Notes: generated by a model from the sequence alone, not told the origin. A DNA stretch of 60,187 bases from Candidatus Eiseniibacteriota bacterium (GCA_031431875.1 JANPEF010000040.1:1-60187), one strand, 5' to 3'; counted from the stretch's first letter, positions 41,295 through 53,002 are shown. Numbers and translations are program-made.

Positions 41295-42677
41295 ATGCCC
41301 GCCGTGGACCCGCTCTTCTGGCACCGGCTGCAGTTCGCCTTCACCATCACGTACCATTACCTGTTTCCCCAGCTGACGATGGGGCTGGCGCTGCTCATCT
41401 TCGGGATGAAGACGCTCGCCCTGCGCGGCGGCGGTGCGCCCGGCGTGCCGAACCGCTGGAACGATGCCGCGCGCTTCTGGATCCGCATCTTCGGCCTCAA
41501 CTTCGCGATGGGCGTGGCGACCGGCATCCCGATGGAGTTCCAATTCGGCACCAACTGGGCCGGCTTCTCCCGCCACACCGGCAACATCGTCGGCCACACG
41601 CTGGCGATGGAGGGACTGTTCGCGTTCTTTCTCGAGTCGAGCTTCCTCGCCGTGCTCGTCTGGGGCGAGCGCCGCGTCGGCGCGCTCGGGCACTGGCTCG
41701 CCGCGTTCGCACTGTTCGTCGGCAGCTGGGCGTCGGGCTACTTCATCGTGATGACGAACGCGTTCATGCAGCATCCGGTCGGCTACGCCGTGGGACCCGA
41801 CGGGCGGCTCGTGCTCGCCGACTTCGCGGCGTTCGTGTTCAACCCGTGGGGACTCGCGCAATACGCGCACACCATGGTCGCCAGCGTGGTTACCGCCTCG
41901 TTCGTCGTCGCGGCAGTCGGCGCCTACTACCTGCTGCGCGGGCAGCACCTCGACGCCGCGCGCCGGTTCGTCACCGTCGGCGTGATCGCCGGGCTCGTTT
42001 CGAGCCTGCTCGTCGCGTTCCCGACGGGCGACCACCAGGCGAAGCTCGTGGCGCAGCACCAGCCCGGTGCGCTCGCGGCGATGGAGGGCCGCTTCCACAG
42101 CGGTCCGTACGCCGAGATCACGATCCTCGGCCAACCCAACGTGAAGGAGCGGCGCATCGACAACCCGCTCCAGGTGCCGGGGGTGCTCAGCTTCCTCGCG
42201 TTCGGGGCGTTCCACACCGACGTCGCCGGCCTCGACACCGTTCCCGAGGAGAACTGGCCCGACAACATCGAGCTGCTCTACTACGCGTTCCACATCATGG
42301 TCGGGCTGGGCACGCTGCTGATCGCGCTCAGCGGGTTCGCCGCGCTCCTGCTCGCGTGGCGCGGGCGGCTGTTCGGCACGCGACCGGTGCTGTGGGCGCT
42401 GCTGCTGGCGTTCCCGTTCCCGTACATCGCGAACACGGCAGGCTGGATGACCGCGGAGCTCGGGCGCCAGCCGTGGCTCGTCTACGGACTGTTCCGCACG
42501 AAGGACGGTGCCAGCCCGCTCGTCCACCCCGGCAGTGCATTGTTCACGCTGATCGGCTTTGCCGGGATCTACCTCGTGCTCGGAATCCTGTTCCTGTTCC
42601 TCATCTCGCGCGAGATCGCGCACGGGCCCGACGGCCTCGAGGCGCCGCATGAGTACGGCGGGGGCGCGCATGTTTGA
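41295..42677 (+). CDS. cydA: Cytochrome bd ubiquinol oxidase subunit I
   Basis: RLQFAFT..YHYLF, EFQFGTNW, FFLES, AAMEG, ELGRQPW. Confidence 0.95.
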   Translation: MPAVDPLFWHRLQFAFTITYHYLFPQLTMGLALLIFGMKTLALRGGGAPGVPNRWNDAARFWIRIFGLNFAMGVATGIPMEFQFGTNWAGFSRHTGNIVGHTLAMEGLFAFFLESSFLAVLVWGERRVGALGHWLAAFALFVGSWASGYFIVMTNAFMQHPVGYAVGPDGRLVLADFAAFVFNPWGLAQYAHTMVASVVTASFVVAAVGAYYLLRGQHLDAARRFVTVGVIAGLVSSLLVAFPTGDHQAKLVAQHQPGALAAMEGRFHSGPYAEITILGQPNVKERRIDNPLQVPGVLSFLAFGAFHTDVAGLDTVPEENWPDNIELLYYAFHIMVGLGTLLIALSGFAALLLAWRGRLFGTRPVLWALLLAFPFPYIANTAGWMTAELGRQPWLVYGLFRTKDGASPLVHPGSALFTLIGFAGIYLVLGILFLFLISREIAHGPDGLEAPHEYGGGAHV

Positions 42678-43701
42678 GCTGTGGTACGGCATCGTCGCCC
42701 TCATGTTCACGGCGTACGTCGTGCTCGACGGCTACGACCTGGGCGCCGGCGCGCTGCACCTGTCCGTGGCGAAGGACGATGCCGAGCGCAGGAGCGTGAT
42801 CGCCGCCATCGGCCCCTACTGGGATGCGAACGAAGTGTGGCTGCTCGCCGCGGGCGGCGCGCTGTTCGTCGCGTTCCCCGACGCGCTGGCGTCCGGGCTG
42901 TCGGGGTTCTATCTCGCGATCTTCCTCGTCCTGTGGTGCCTGATCGGGCGCGGCATCGCGATCGAGTTCCGGAGTCACGTCGCTGAGCCGCTGTGGCGAA
43001 GCTTCTGGGACGTCGTCTTCGCGGCGACGAGCGCGCTGCTGCCGGTTCTGTTCGGCGCCGCGCTCGGCAACCTGATCCGCGGCGTGCCGCTCACGCCCGA
43101 CGGCTGGTTCCAGCTCACGCTGTTCACCGACTTCAGCGCGACGCCCCCGGTGGGCATCCTCGACTGGTACACGGTGCTCGCCGGCGTGTTCGCGCTCGTC
43201 GCGCTTACCGCGCACGGGGCGACGTTCCTCGCGTGGCGGACGGCGGGAGCCGTGCACGAGAGCAGCGTGCGGCGTGTTCGCGCGTTCTACGGAGGGGTGG
43301 CGGTGCTGTGGCCGCTGATCACATGGGCGACGGTCGCGGTGCGGCCGGACTTCCTCGCCGCGCTGCCGACGCGACCCTTGGCCTGGCTCGGCGGCGCCGT
43401 CGCGGTGGGCGGGCTCGTCACCGTCCTCATCGCCACGGCGCGCGGTCGCTCGCTCCTCGCCTTCCTCGGCTCGTGCGCGTTCCTCGCCGGAATGCTCGGC
43501 GCGACCGCGGCGTGCCTGTTCCCGCTGATCCTGCCCGCGGTGGCCGGGAGCGGCCCGGCGATCACGGCCTACAACGGCGGGGGCAATGCGGCCGGCCTGC
43601 GCATCGCGCTCGGCTGGTGGAGCGTGGGATTCCCGATCGTCGTGGCCTACTTCGTGGTGCTCTTCCGCCTTCACCGCAAGAGGGTCATTCCGCCTGCATG
43701 A
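42670..43701 (+). CDS. cydB: Cytochrome bd ubiquinol oxidase subunit II
   Basis: LDGYDLG, PYWDANEVWL, RGIAIEFR; overlaps the cydA end. Confidence 0.95.
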   Translation: MFELWYGIVALMFTAYVVLDGYDLGAGALHLSVAKDDAERRSVIAAIGPYWDANEVWLLAAGGALFVAFPDALASGLSGFYLAIFLVLWCLIGRGIAIEFRSHVAEPLWRSFWDVVFAATSALLPVLFGAALGNLIRGVPLTPDGWFQLTLFTDFSATPPVGILDWYTVLAGVFALVALTAHGATFLAWRTAGAVHESSVRRVRAFYGGVAVLWPLITWATVAVRPDFLAALPTRPLAWLGGAVAVGGLVTVLIATARGRSLLAFLGSCAFLAGMLGATAACLFPLILPAVAGSGPAITAYNGGGNAAGLRIALGWWSVGFPIVVAYFVVLFRLHRKRVIPPA

Positions 43702-43921
43702 TCATGTACATGAACAACCCGATCAGCATGCGCCCCTGTGCGACCGCCCCCGCCCCGCCGAACTTCGTCCCGTGGCCCGGCGATCGCCGGGTAGGACGTG
43801 GTCTTGTTCCGGGTGCACCGTCAAGGGGTCCACGCGCCGGACTGACTGCGGACGCCAGCCGCCCCATCGGCACGCGCCGCTCGCCCGGACGGGCCTCCGA
43901 CGGTATCCCGGTCGGGGTCGT

Positions 43922-44230
43922 TCACGCGCGGCGGTACTTCGCGCCGCGCAGGACGCCGACCTCCGAGACCCACGCGACCAGCGCATAGTGCGGGAAGTAG
44001 TCTTGAGCGAGCATTGCGAGAATCTGCTCCGCGACGGCTTCCTCCACCACGACTTCGAGCCGCAGATTGTCACCGGGCACCGCGCTCGTGCGCCGGTTGC
44101 GCGATCCGTCTCCCCGGGCGTCCGTCATCGTCCAGCCCGTGGCGCCCAACGAGCGCAACGCGGCTGGCAATCGCTCGGCGAGAACCGACTCGCCGATGAT
44201 CGTGATCAGCTTGAGCGGAATCGTGAGCAT
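43922..44230 (-). CDS. sbtB: PII-like protein SbtB
   Basis: KLITIIGE..LGATGWT...RG.GSR..NLRLEVVV..VLR..KY; directly after sbtA. Confidence 0.8.
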   Translation of the reverse strand: MLTIPLKLITIIGESVLAERLPAALRSLGATGWTMTDARGDGSRNRRTSAVPGDNLRLEVVVEEAVAEQILAMLAQDYFPHYALVAWVSEVGVLRGAKYRRA

Positions 44231-44231
44231 C

Positions 44232-45200
44232 TCAGTCTCGCTGCATCGCGCGGGCGATCGCGTAGTAGATCGGGATGCCGGCGATGACGTTGAAGGGGAA
44301 GGTGATGGCGAGCGCGGCAGTCAGGTAGTAGGTCGGGTTGGCGGACGGCAGGTTCATGCGGGCTGCCGGGGGCGCCGCGATGTACGAGGCGCTGGCCGCC
44401 ATCGCGCCCAGGATCGTGGCACCTCCCGCGGAGAGTCCGGCCCACGTCCCGAGCGCCACGCCGAGCGCGCCATGCAGCAGCGGCATGACGATCCCGAAGC
44501 CGACGAGGAAGAGCCCGACGCGCCGGAGGTCCCCGATCCTGTCCGCCGCGAGGATTCCCATCTCGAGCAGGAACAGGGTGAGTGCCCCCCTGAAGCCGCC
44601 CTCGAAGAAGGGTTGCACGGCGTGCCACTGCGCTTCGCCCATGAGGCAACCCACGATCAGGCCCCCGACGAGCAGGATCATGGTGCGCCCGGTGAGCACC
44701 TCGTGCAGGGTCTCCCACACCGGCCGCCCGGTGCCGGTGTTGAGCACGCCGATGGCGAGCGCGATGTGGATCCCGGGGCTTTCGAGCAGCGTGAGGAGCG
44801 TCGGCATGAAACCCTCCGACGGTTCGCCCATCGCGGCGACGAACGTCTGCGCGGCGATGAACGTCACCGCCGAGACCGAGCCGTAGTGAGCCGCGATCGC
44901 CGCCGAGTTCGCGGCGTCGAAGCCCCCGAGCCGGCGCAGGACCAGGTACGAGGTGACCGGCGTCAGGCACCCGAGCAGGAGCGTGACGCCAGCCGGCGCC
45001 GCGAATTGGGCCATTGTGACGCTGCTCAGTTCGACGCCGCCTTTGAGCCCGATTGCGAACAGCAGGTAGATCGACAGCGCCGCGTACAGGTCCTTCGGCA
45101 ACTGGAACTCGCTCCGGATCAGGCGTGTCACCACGCCGAGCGCGAACGCAAGGACGACCGGCGACAGCAGGTTGGTGGCAAGCACTGATCCCAGATTCAA
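44232..45200 (-). CDS. sbtA: Sodium-dependent bicarbonate transporter (SbtA/DUF897)
   Basis: YLLFAIGLKGG, AAHYGSVSAVTF, FLLEMG, SASYIAAP, TFPFN; TTG start overlapping the CA stop. Confidence 0.9.
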   Translation of the reverse strand: MNLGSVLATNLLSPVVLAFALGVVTRLIRSEFQLPKDLYAALSIYLLFAIGLKGGVELSSVTMAQFAAPAGVTLLLGCLTPVTSYLVLRRLGGFDAANSAAIAAHYGSVSAVTFIAAQTFVAAMGEPSEGFMPTLLTLLESPGIHIALAIGVLNTGTGRPVWETLHEVLTGRTMILLVGGLIVGCLMGEAQWHAVQPFFEGGFRGALTLFLLEMGILAADRIGDLRRVGLFLVGFGIVMPLLHGALGVALGTWAGLSAGGATILGAMAASASYIAAPPAARMNLPSANPTYYLTAALAITFPFNVIAGIPIYYAIARAMQRD

Positions 45201-45871
45201 CGGGCGTCGGCCTTCGCGCCGAGCACGATCTTCCCCGAGTCGAGGTCGTACACGGCATGAGCGATTTCCAGCGATTTGTTCGCGATCAAGGGTTCGAGGA
45301 TCGGGCTTCCGGTTCGCAGGCGATCCGCCACGGCGCGCGCGTTGCGCGAGACGGCCCTCTCGAGCGCCTGCGGCGTGGCCGCCTCGGGGCCGCCCACGGC
45401 GGGCTGGATCGCCGCGAGGATGGAGCCGATGGATCCCGGCACGCTGACGTGCTCGAGCGCCGCCTGCACGGCGCCGCAGCGTTCGTGCCCGAGGACGAGG
45501 ATCGAGCGGGCCCCGAGCTTGGCCACGGCGAACTCGATGCTTCCGAGGGCTATCGAGTCGACGACGTGGCCCGCGGTGCGGACCACGAAGAGGTCACCGA
45601 GCCCCTGATCGAAGACGAGTTCCGGTGGCACGCGCGAGTCCGAGCAGCTGACGACGATGGCGAACGGAGACTGTTGCGAAGCCACGGCGGCGCGTCGCGG
45701 CAGGTCCTGGTGCGGGCGGCTGACGTCACCAGCGACGTAGCGGGCGTTCCCATCGAGCAGGCGGGCGATTCCGGAGGTTTCCTTCGAGGGTGGCGGGGCC
45801 TCGCCCGGCGAGGCGGGCGACCCAACGAGGAGGCCGGAGAGGAGCACGATAGCGGACAGGATCGTCTTCAT
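45197..45871 (-). CDS. Exported beta-class carbonic anhydrase
   Basis: Signal peptide; CSDSRVP, GDLFVVR.AG, GHERCGAV. Confidence 0.9.
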   Translation of the reverse strand: MKTILSAIVLLSGLLVGSPASPGEAPPPSKETSGIARLLDGNARYVAGDVSRPHQDLPRRAAVASQQSPFAIVVSCSDSRVPPELVFDQGLGDLFVVRTAGHVVDSIALGSIEFAVAKLGARSILVLGHERCGAVQAALEHVSVPGSIGSILAAIQPAVGGPEAATPQALERAVSRNARAVADRLRTGSPILEPLIANKSLEIAHAVYDLDSGKIVLGAKADAR

Positions 45872-45945
45872 GAGAGTGACCTCGCGGTTCGAGGAAGTTG
45901 TTCCGGTTTGCGTCGAGATGCTGGCAACCAGCCAGGATCATGCGT

Positions 45946-45982
45946 AAAATAAGACATGCAATACGCGACGTCAATAGCGTAT
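45946..45982 (-). promoter_or_regulatory. Promoter of the CA-sbtAB operon with an overlapping palindrome
   Basis: TTGACG(45974-69)-N17-TATTTT; ATACGC-N10-GCGTAT at 45961-45982. Confidence 0.55.
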
Positions 45983-46010
45983 GTTTCTCGGACACCGGAA
46001 GGGTTGATCC

Positions 46011-46358
46011 ATGACTCCACGCAAGGCGGAGGCGCGCCCGATCCCGCGAGGAAAGTCCGCGCCGTGGACGTTCCTGACGAACCATACCCACGTGCTGTTC
46101 TGCATTCTCCGCGATCCCGATGTGCGCATGCGAGACGTCGCCATCGCTGTCGGCGTGACCGAACGAGCCGTGCAACGGATCGTCGCGGATCTGGAGGAAG
46201 GAGGCTACCTGCGACGCGAGCGCGAAGGGCGCCGCAATCGCTACGAGGTGCTGGCGGACTTGCCGTTGCGCCATCCCATCGAGCGGCACTGCGCCGTTGC
46301 AGACGTCCTTGCCGTGCTCAGCGGGCAGAAGCCGGCGCGGCGTTCGCGAGCGCGTTGA
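46011..46358 (+). CDS. Winged-helix (ArsR/MarR-like) transcriptional regulator
   Basis: WTFLTNH.HVL..RMRDVA..VGVTERAVQRIVADLE.GGY..REGRRNRY. Confidence 0.85.
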   Translation: MTPRKAEARPIPRGKSAPWTFLTNHTHVLFCILRDPDVRMRDVAIAVGVTERAVQRIVADLEEGGYLRREREGRRNRYEVLADLPLRHPIERHCAVADVLAVLSGQKPARRSRAR

Positions 46359-46373
46359 GCGCGGGCGGCGCTC

Positions 46374-48005
<1,632 letters not shown>

Positions 48006-48076
48006 GGGCGCGAAGCTAGCACGTTCGCCGCGGGGACGGTTGCATGGGCGGCATGGACGCACGCACGAACGGGGGC

Positions 48077-49285
48077 ATGACCTGGGCATCGGCGGTCTCG
48101 GAACTCGCCGACACACGGCACGCGGCGCAGGAGGCCGCGACCGCGGTCGCGGCGCAGCTGGGTGGCGTGCCACCCGATATCGCGTTCGTCTTCTTCTCCG
48201 CGCACCATCGCGCCGATGCGCTGGCGCTGGTCGCCGCGGTGAGCGAGGACCTGCTGCCGTCCCACTGGATCGGTTGCTCCGCGGGCGGGGTTATCGGCGA
48301 CGGCCGCGAGGTCGAGGAACGCCCGGGCCTGTCGATCACTGCGGCGCACCTGCCGGGCGTCTCGGTGCGCCCCTTCCGGCTCGACGAGGGCGACCTGCCC
48401 GATGCCGATGCTCCGCCGCGGGCGTGGGAAGCCGCGCTCGGCACGGGCCCGGGCGAGCGCCCACACTTCATCATGCTGACCGAGCCGTTCTCGTTTCCGG
48501 CCGACGACTTCGTGCGCGGCCTCGACTACGCGTTCCCCAAGAGCGCCAAGGTGGGCGGGCTCGCCAGCGCCTCCGCCGAGCCGGGCGGCAACGTGCTCCT
48601 GGTTGATGGCGACGTGTTGCGCGTCGGAGCCGTCGGCGTGGCGCTGACCGGCGCCATCCTGGTGGACACGATCGTCGCCCAGGGCTGCCGCGCCATCGGC
48701 GAGCCGATGCGCGTCACGCGCGCGCGCGCGAACTTCATCCTCGAGCTCGACGGCCAGCCGCCGCTCGAGGTGCTGCGTGCCTTGCTGCCGCGCCTGTCGG
48801 ATCGCGACCAGCGGCTCGCGCGCTCGGCACTGTTTCTCGGCGTGAGCGTCGATCCGCTCGACGACGTGCCCAGCGATGGCACGTACCTGATCCGCAACAT
48901 CCTGGGGGTGAGCCCCGACAACGGCGCGCTGGCGGTGGGCGACGAACCGCGCGCGGGGCAATCGGTGTGCTTCCACCTGCGCGATGCGCTGGCCTCGGCC
49001 GAGGATCTCGACGTCCATCTCGACCGCTACATGAGCGACGTGCTGGCCGTGCCTGGCGCGGCGCATCCGGCCGGGGCGCTGGTCTTCTCGTGCCTGGGGC
49101 GGGGCAAGAACCTGTACGGGCGACCCGATCACGACACCGACGCGTTCCGCGAGAAGCTGGGAGCGGTCGCGCTGGGCGGCTTCTTCGCCAACGGCGAGAT
49201 CGGCATGGTGCGCGGGACGACGCATCTGCACGGGTTCACGAGTTCGTTCGCGTTGTTCCGGCGGCCGGCGGGGGCGGGGAGCTGA
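48077..49285 (+). CDS. FIST signal transduction domain protein
   Basis: [46 protein letters not shown]. Confidence 0.88.
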   Translation: MTWASAVSELADTRHAAQEAATAVAAQLGGVPPDIAFVFFSAHHRADALALVAAVSEDLLPSHWIGCSAGGVIGDGREVEERPGLSITAAHLPGVSVRPFRLDEGDLPDADAPPRAWEAALGTGPGERPHFIMLTEPFSFPADDFVRGLDYAFPKSAKVGGLASASAEPGGNVLLVDGDVLRVGAVGVALTGAILVDTIVAQGCRAIGEPMRVTRARANFILELDGQPPLEVLRALLPRLSDRDQRLARSALFLGVSVDPLDDVPSDGTYLIRNILGVSPDNGALAVGDEPRAGQSVCFHLRDALASAEDLDVHLDRYMSDVLAVPGAAHPAGALVFSCLGRGKNLYGRPDHDTDAFREKLGAVALGGFFANGEIGMVRGTTHLHGFTSSFALFRRPAGAGS

Positions 49286-49295
49286 GGTCGGGAGC

Positions 49296-49643
49296 CTAGG
49301 ACCGGCCGAGAATGAGTTCGATCCCGAGCAGGACCGCCTCGAGGCGTGGTCGGTGGAGAAGTCTCACGCGTTCAGTGAGGCAACCCCGATCAATGGTCGT
49401 GATCTGCGACACGTTGGCGACCGAGTCCTTCGGGAGGCCGGTCGTGCGGGCGGGGAGCATGACGTTTCCAGCTGCCTCGGCCCACGCGAGGTTGCTGGTC
49501 AGCGGAACGCAGACGGTCGTGCGCAGGCGAGTCCGATTGAAGTCGTCGGACTGGACGACCAGAACCGGGCGGCGGTAGCCCGGCTCCGAACCCACCGGCG
49601 CCGGCAGGTCCGCCCACCAGATTTCACCCTGGGCGATCACCAC
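49296..49643 (-). CDS. mazF: PemK/MazF family endoribonuclease toxin
   Basis: QGEIWWADL..GSEPGYRRPVLVVQ..FN..PLTSN..GLPKDSVANVSQ. Confidence 0.9.
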   Translation of the reverse strand: MVIAQGEIWWADLPAPVGSEPGYRRPVLVVQSDDFNRTRLRTTVCVPLTSNLAWAEAAGNVMLPARTTGLPKDSVANVSQITTIDRGCLTERVRLLHRPRLEAVLLGIELILGRS

Positions 49644-49873
49644 TCGGTGTTCTCGAGGATGCGCCGGGCGGCCTCGTCGACGAACCTGGTGTCGTCCTCG
49701 CCGAGGCGATCCATGACGCGATCGATTGAGGCCGCGATCTCCTCGGGCGAGTGGCGTGCGACGAACTCTTCGAGGGCGAGGCTGTAGAGGCGACTACGGG
49801 ACACCTTGAGCCGGCGGGCCAGGCGCTCCGCGTCCGCGAAGACCTGGTCCGGAATTGAGACGGCGACTTTCAT
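49637..49873 (-). CDS. RHH antitoxin of the MazF module
   Basis: MKVAVSIPDQVF..AERLA..VSRSRLY..AL; C-terminal EW overlapping the toxin start. Confidence 0.85.
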   Translation of the reverse strand: MKVAVSIPDQVFADAERLARRLKVSRSRLYSLALEEFVARHSPEEIAASIDRVMDRLGEDDTRFVDEAARRILENTEW

Positions 49874-49909
49874 ACTTCTAGTATGACCAGTGGCCGAATC
49901 GAGAGTCAA
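49870..49909 (-). promoter_or_regulatory. Probable leaderless TA promoter with operator
   Basis: TTGACT-N18-CATACT, ATG 6 nt later; palindrome TCATACT-N3-AGTATGA (49870-49886) spans the -10 and start codon. Confidence 0.65.
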
Positions 49910-49958
49910 GCGTGCTCGCAGGGACACATGCCAGCCGATCGCTCGAGCCATTATGTCT

Positions 49959-50005
49959 TAAGCAGTTGGTAAATAGTCACTTACAAGTTAGGCACCTTCC
50001 TTGCG
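49959..50005 (+). promoter_or_regulatory. sigma54 promoter with upstream IHF-like site
   Basis: AGGCACCTTCCTTGC (49990-50004; GG-N10-GC); TACCAACTGCTTA on minus strand 49959-49971 in an AT-rich patch. Confidence 0.65.
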
Positions 50006-50054
50006 CTCCCTGGATTCAAGCCGCCCGGCCCGGAGCGGCACGGAGGAGAACGCC

Positions 50055-50561
50055 ATGAAGACTCGCCCCTGGATCCTCGCGCTGAGCCTTGTCCTGCTCG
50101 CCGCCCCGCTGGCCGCGCCCCGCGTGCACGCCTGCGAGGAAGAGGGCAGCGACGCCGACCTCGTGCTTGACGAAACCGGCGATTCACCGCTCATCGTCCG
50201 GGAAGGCGCCTGGCTCGACTCGGAACTCGATTCGTCGTGGACCCCGCTCGAGCCCGGGGCCTTCCTGTTGCGGCTTCACCGTCCGACCGGCGCGTGGGTC
50301 GTCGAGACATGGTACTACCGCCTGCCGTCGGACCCGACGCGCGTGCTCACCCACGACGAGCTGGTCGAGCGGCGTGCCGGGCGCGGCGTCGAGCCGTGGG
50401 ACGAGCCGACGATGGTCGTCGACCAGGTGATCGTCTACGCCCAGGGCGAGGCGCAGGCGCTGCGGCTCGCTCGCGCCATGCGACCGGCGCAGGTGCCCGC
50501 TCGCGTGGTCGAGGCGGTGCTGGAGCGCGCGCTCCTCGAGGCCAACGAAGAAGGCTGCTGA
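50055..50561 (+). CDS. Secreted hypothetical protein
   Basis: GGAGGAG RBS; signal peptide MKTRPWILALSLVLLAAPLAAPRVHA. Confidence 0.75.
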   Translation: MKTRPWILALSLVLLAAPLAAPRVHACEEEGSDADLVLDETGDSPLIVREGAWLDSELDSSWTPLEPGAFLLRLHRPTGAWVVETWYYRLPSDPTRVLTHDELVERRAGRGVEPWDEPTMVVDQVIVYAQGEAQALRLARAMRPAQVPARVVEAVLERALLEANEEGC

Positions 50562-50935
50562 CGGGCCGCCCAAACGTGCAAGCCGCCACGCCTGCCCGCG
50601 CAGCCTGCGCGATCCTCGGAGGAGTCGCGCGTCGCCCCCGCTCTGCCCCGCCCCGGACTCGGGAGTTGCGCATTGCCCGGCGGCGGCGATCCCCCAGGGC
50701 CGCCGCGCGAGGAAGTCGTGGAAACCACGTCCCGCGCGCCACATCGGAGCGCCATGCACGATGCGACACGATTGCGGATCGCGTCCCGTGGCCGCTGCGC
50801 CGATGTGATCGTGGTCGCCGCGATGCAGCACGCCTGACGCCCCGAGTCCGGCACGTCCGATGCACACTCCTTGATCGTTCCGGCTGCCCCTCGACGCGCT
50901 GCGGGCCGACCGGGAGGATCAGGAGGACGTGCCCC

Positions 50936-53002
50936 ATGGAACGGATTCGCAACGCTGATCGTCGTCGGTTCACGCCGACACTCGCCGCGCTCGCCACCAC
51001 GACCGCAATCCTCACCGGGCTGGCTCCGCCGGTCGCGCACGCGCAGTTCGGCGGCGCGCCGGCGAGCTACACGTTCCGCGTCGTCGACCAGAACGGGCGT
51101 CCGCTCGACGGTTCGATGGTCCGCATCGAAGGAACGACCGGCGACATGAACACGCCCGCCACGGTCGACCTGGTGGCCGGTCCGCAGCTGGTGACCATCG
51201 AGCCCGCGGTCCTTGGAGCGATGCTGCCTGACGGAGCCCTGCGCCCGAGCGGGGCGAACGGCCTGTCGCGGAACGAATTCCTGTTCCTCAATCCCGGCGG
51301 CGGCGACGTCGTCATCGTCTGGCGCACGGCCGACGTCGCGATCGGGGTCGTCGACCAGGATGGCGCTGCGATCGCCGGTGCGCGCTGGGGCTTTGCCGGA
51401 GACGGTGCGATGTACGCGCCAGGCATGCTCACGCTACCGTTGACCGACGAGTCGGCCCACGTGGGAATGGGCGGCCCGTCGCTGGCGGGCTGGGTGTTCG
51501 ACGTACGCGCCGCGTTCGATGGTGCGCCGGTCGACCTGGTCCGCAGCGAAGCGCGCGAAGCCCTCGATGGCCTGACTGCGCTGGACTTCGAATGGCGCCA
51601 GACCGCCTGCACCATGGGCGTCGTCGATGCGATCGGCAATCCGATCCGCGGCGCGACCTGGGCGATGCTGGGCCACACGTTCGGGGCCGGCGACGCGATC
51701 GCGCTGCCCACGACGGATGAGGCGTTGTATGGCAACCTGGCTGGCACCCTCACATCCGGCTTCACCGTACATCTGTTCACCAACTCGAGCTTCGGCAGCG
51801 GCGACGTGATGTTCGAAGCGGACGCGTCCGGCCTGCTGTCCCCCGACTTCGCCGACGTGAACGGCGGAGCCTTCGGCCTGCGTTGTGGCATCACTGCGTT
51901 CCCGCCCCTGACGACCGGCTCGCTTGCCGTCTCCGTCACCGCGGACGGCGCGGCGTTCGCCGGCGCGCAGGTCTCGGTGGTGGACGCGAACAACGCGAGC
52001 AGCACGCAGGTCACGGGCGCCGGGGGCTTCTTCGAGCTCGGCAACATGCCGCAGGGGCCGCTCGCGCTCACCCTGACCGTGCCCGCCGGCTACCACGCGG
52101 TGGACCCGGCGAGCGCTTCGCTGGCGACCTCGATCGTGGCGGGCGAGATGCGCAGCGTCGCGTTCGCGATGGCAGCCGACGTCGTCGAACCGCCGCCGCC
52201 GCCGCCGATCGTCAACAATCCCGAGTCGTACAACTACTGGCGGCGCGAGGTCACGTCCGCGCTGCGCGGCAGCGGCCGCCGCGACGAGAACCCCCAGGAC
52301 ATGGCGGCGATCTTCCCGCAGGCGATCTTCTCCGGCTTCGCCCAGCATGCGACCGATCCGGTGCGCGTCGAGGGCGTCACGCAGCTCGATCCCGACGGCA
52401 CGGGCCCGAAGGACGCGCGCGGCCTGACGCTGGCCGACATGGACGCGACCCTCGACCCGGGCGGTAACAACGCCCTGCACCAGGCGAAGCGCGAACTTCT
52501 CGTCGTGCTGTTGAACGTGGTGAGCGGACGCCTGTCGCTGAACCTGGTGGTCGACGCCTCGGGCCGCACGCTCGCCGAGGAGATCCGTCGGATCGCCGTG
52601 ATGATCAACGACGGCCTGCCGGCAAACGACGCGATCGCCCGCACTGAAGCCGAGCACATCAACTCCGGCAAGGCGGGTCAGCGCATTCCGGTCCGGACGG
52701 TCCAACCCCACGTCGAGGACGTGGCCGAGGAGTTCGGCGCCGGCACCCTGGATGCGATCGCCCTGGCGACGTTGCCCGCCGCCGGCAGCCTGCGCATCGC
52801 GTTCACGCTAGCCGAGGCGCAGCGCGTGACGCTCGACGTGTACGACGCAAGCGGTCGTCGCCAGACGCGCCTCTACGCGGGCGACGCCCCGGCGGGCACG
52901 ACCGAGCTGACGTGGAATGCGGGTGGGCGGCGCGGAGTCTACTTCGCGCGCCTGGTCTCGCTGCAGGGAGTGAAGACGGCGAAGCTGGTGGCGGCTCGTT
53001 AG
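50936..53002 (+). CDS. Secreted protein with carboxypeptidase-regulatory-like repeats and C-terminal FlgD-Ig-like domain
   Basis: AGGAGG RBS, signal peptide; repeats VVDQNGRPL/VVDQDGAAI/VVDAIGNPI; C-terminal LDVYDASGR..LTWN..GVYFARL. Confidence 0.82.
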   Translation: MERIRNADRRRFTPTLAALATTTAILTGLAPPVAHAQFGGAPASYTFRVVDQNGRPLDGSMVRIEGTTGDMNTPATVDLVAGPQLVTIEPAVLGAMLPDGALRPSGANGLSRNEFLFLNPGGGDVVIVWRTADVAIGVVDQDGAAIAGARWGFAGDGAMYAPGMLTLPLTDESAHVGMGGPSLAGWVFDVRAAFDGAPVDLVRSEAREALDGLTALDFEWRQTACTMGVVDAIGNPIRGATWAMLGHTFGAGDAIALPTTDEALYGNLAGTLTSGFTVHLFTNSSFGSGDVMFEADASGLLSPDFADVNGGAFGLRCGITAFPPLTTGSLAVSVTADGAAFAGAQVSVVDANNASSTQVTGAGGFFELGNMPQGPLALTLTVPAGYHAVDPASASLATSIVAGEMRSVAFAMAADVVEPPPPPPIVNNPESYNYWRREVTSALRGSGRRDENPQDMAAIFPQAIFSGFAQHATDPVRVEGVTQLDPDGTGPKDARGLTLADMDATLDPGGNNALHQAKRELLVVLLNVVSGRLSLNLVVDASGRTLAEEIRRIAVMINDGLPANDAIARTEAEHINSGKAGQRIPVRTVQPHVEDVAEEFGAGTLDAIALATLPAAGSLRIAFTLAEAQRVTLDVYDASGRRQTRLYAGDAPAGTTELTWNAGGRRGVYFARLVSLQGVKTAKLVAAR

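Noticed and set aside
43698..43920. CydX/CydS small subunit after cydB
   Set aside because: The plus-strand frame starting at the ATGA overlap has no transmembrane segment.
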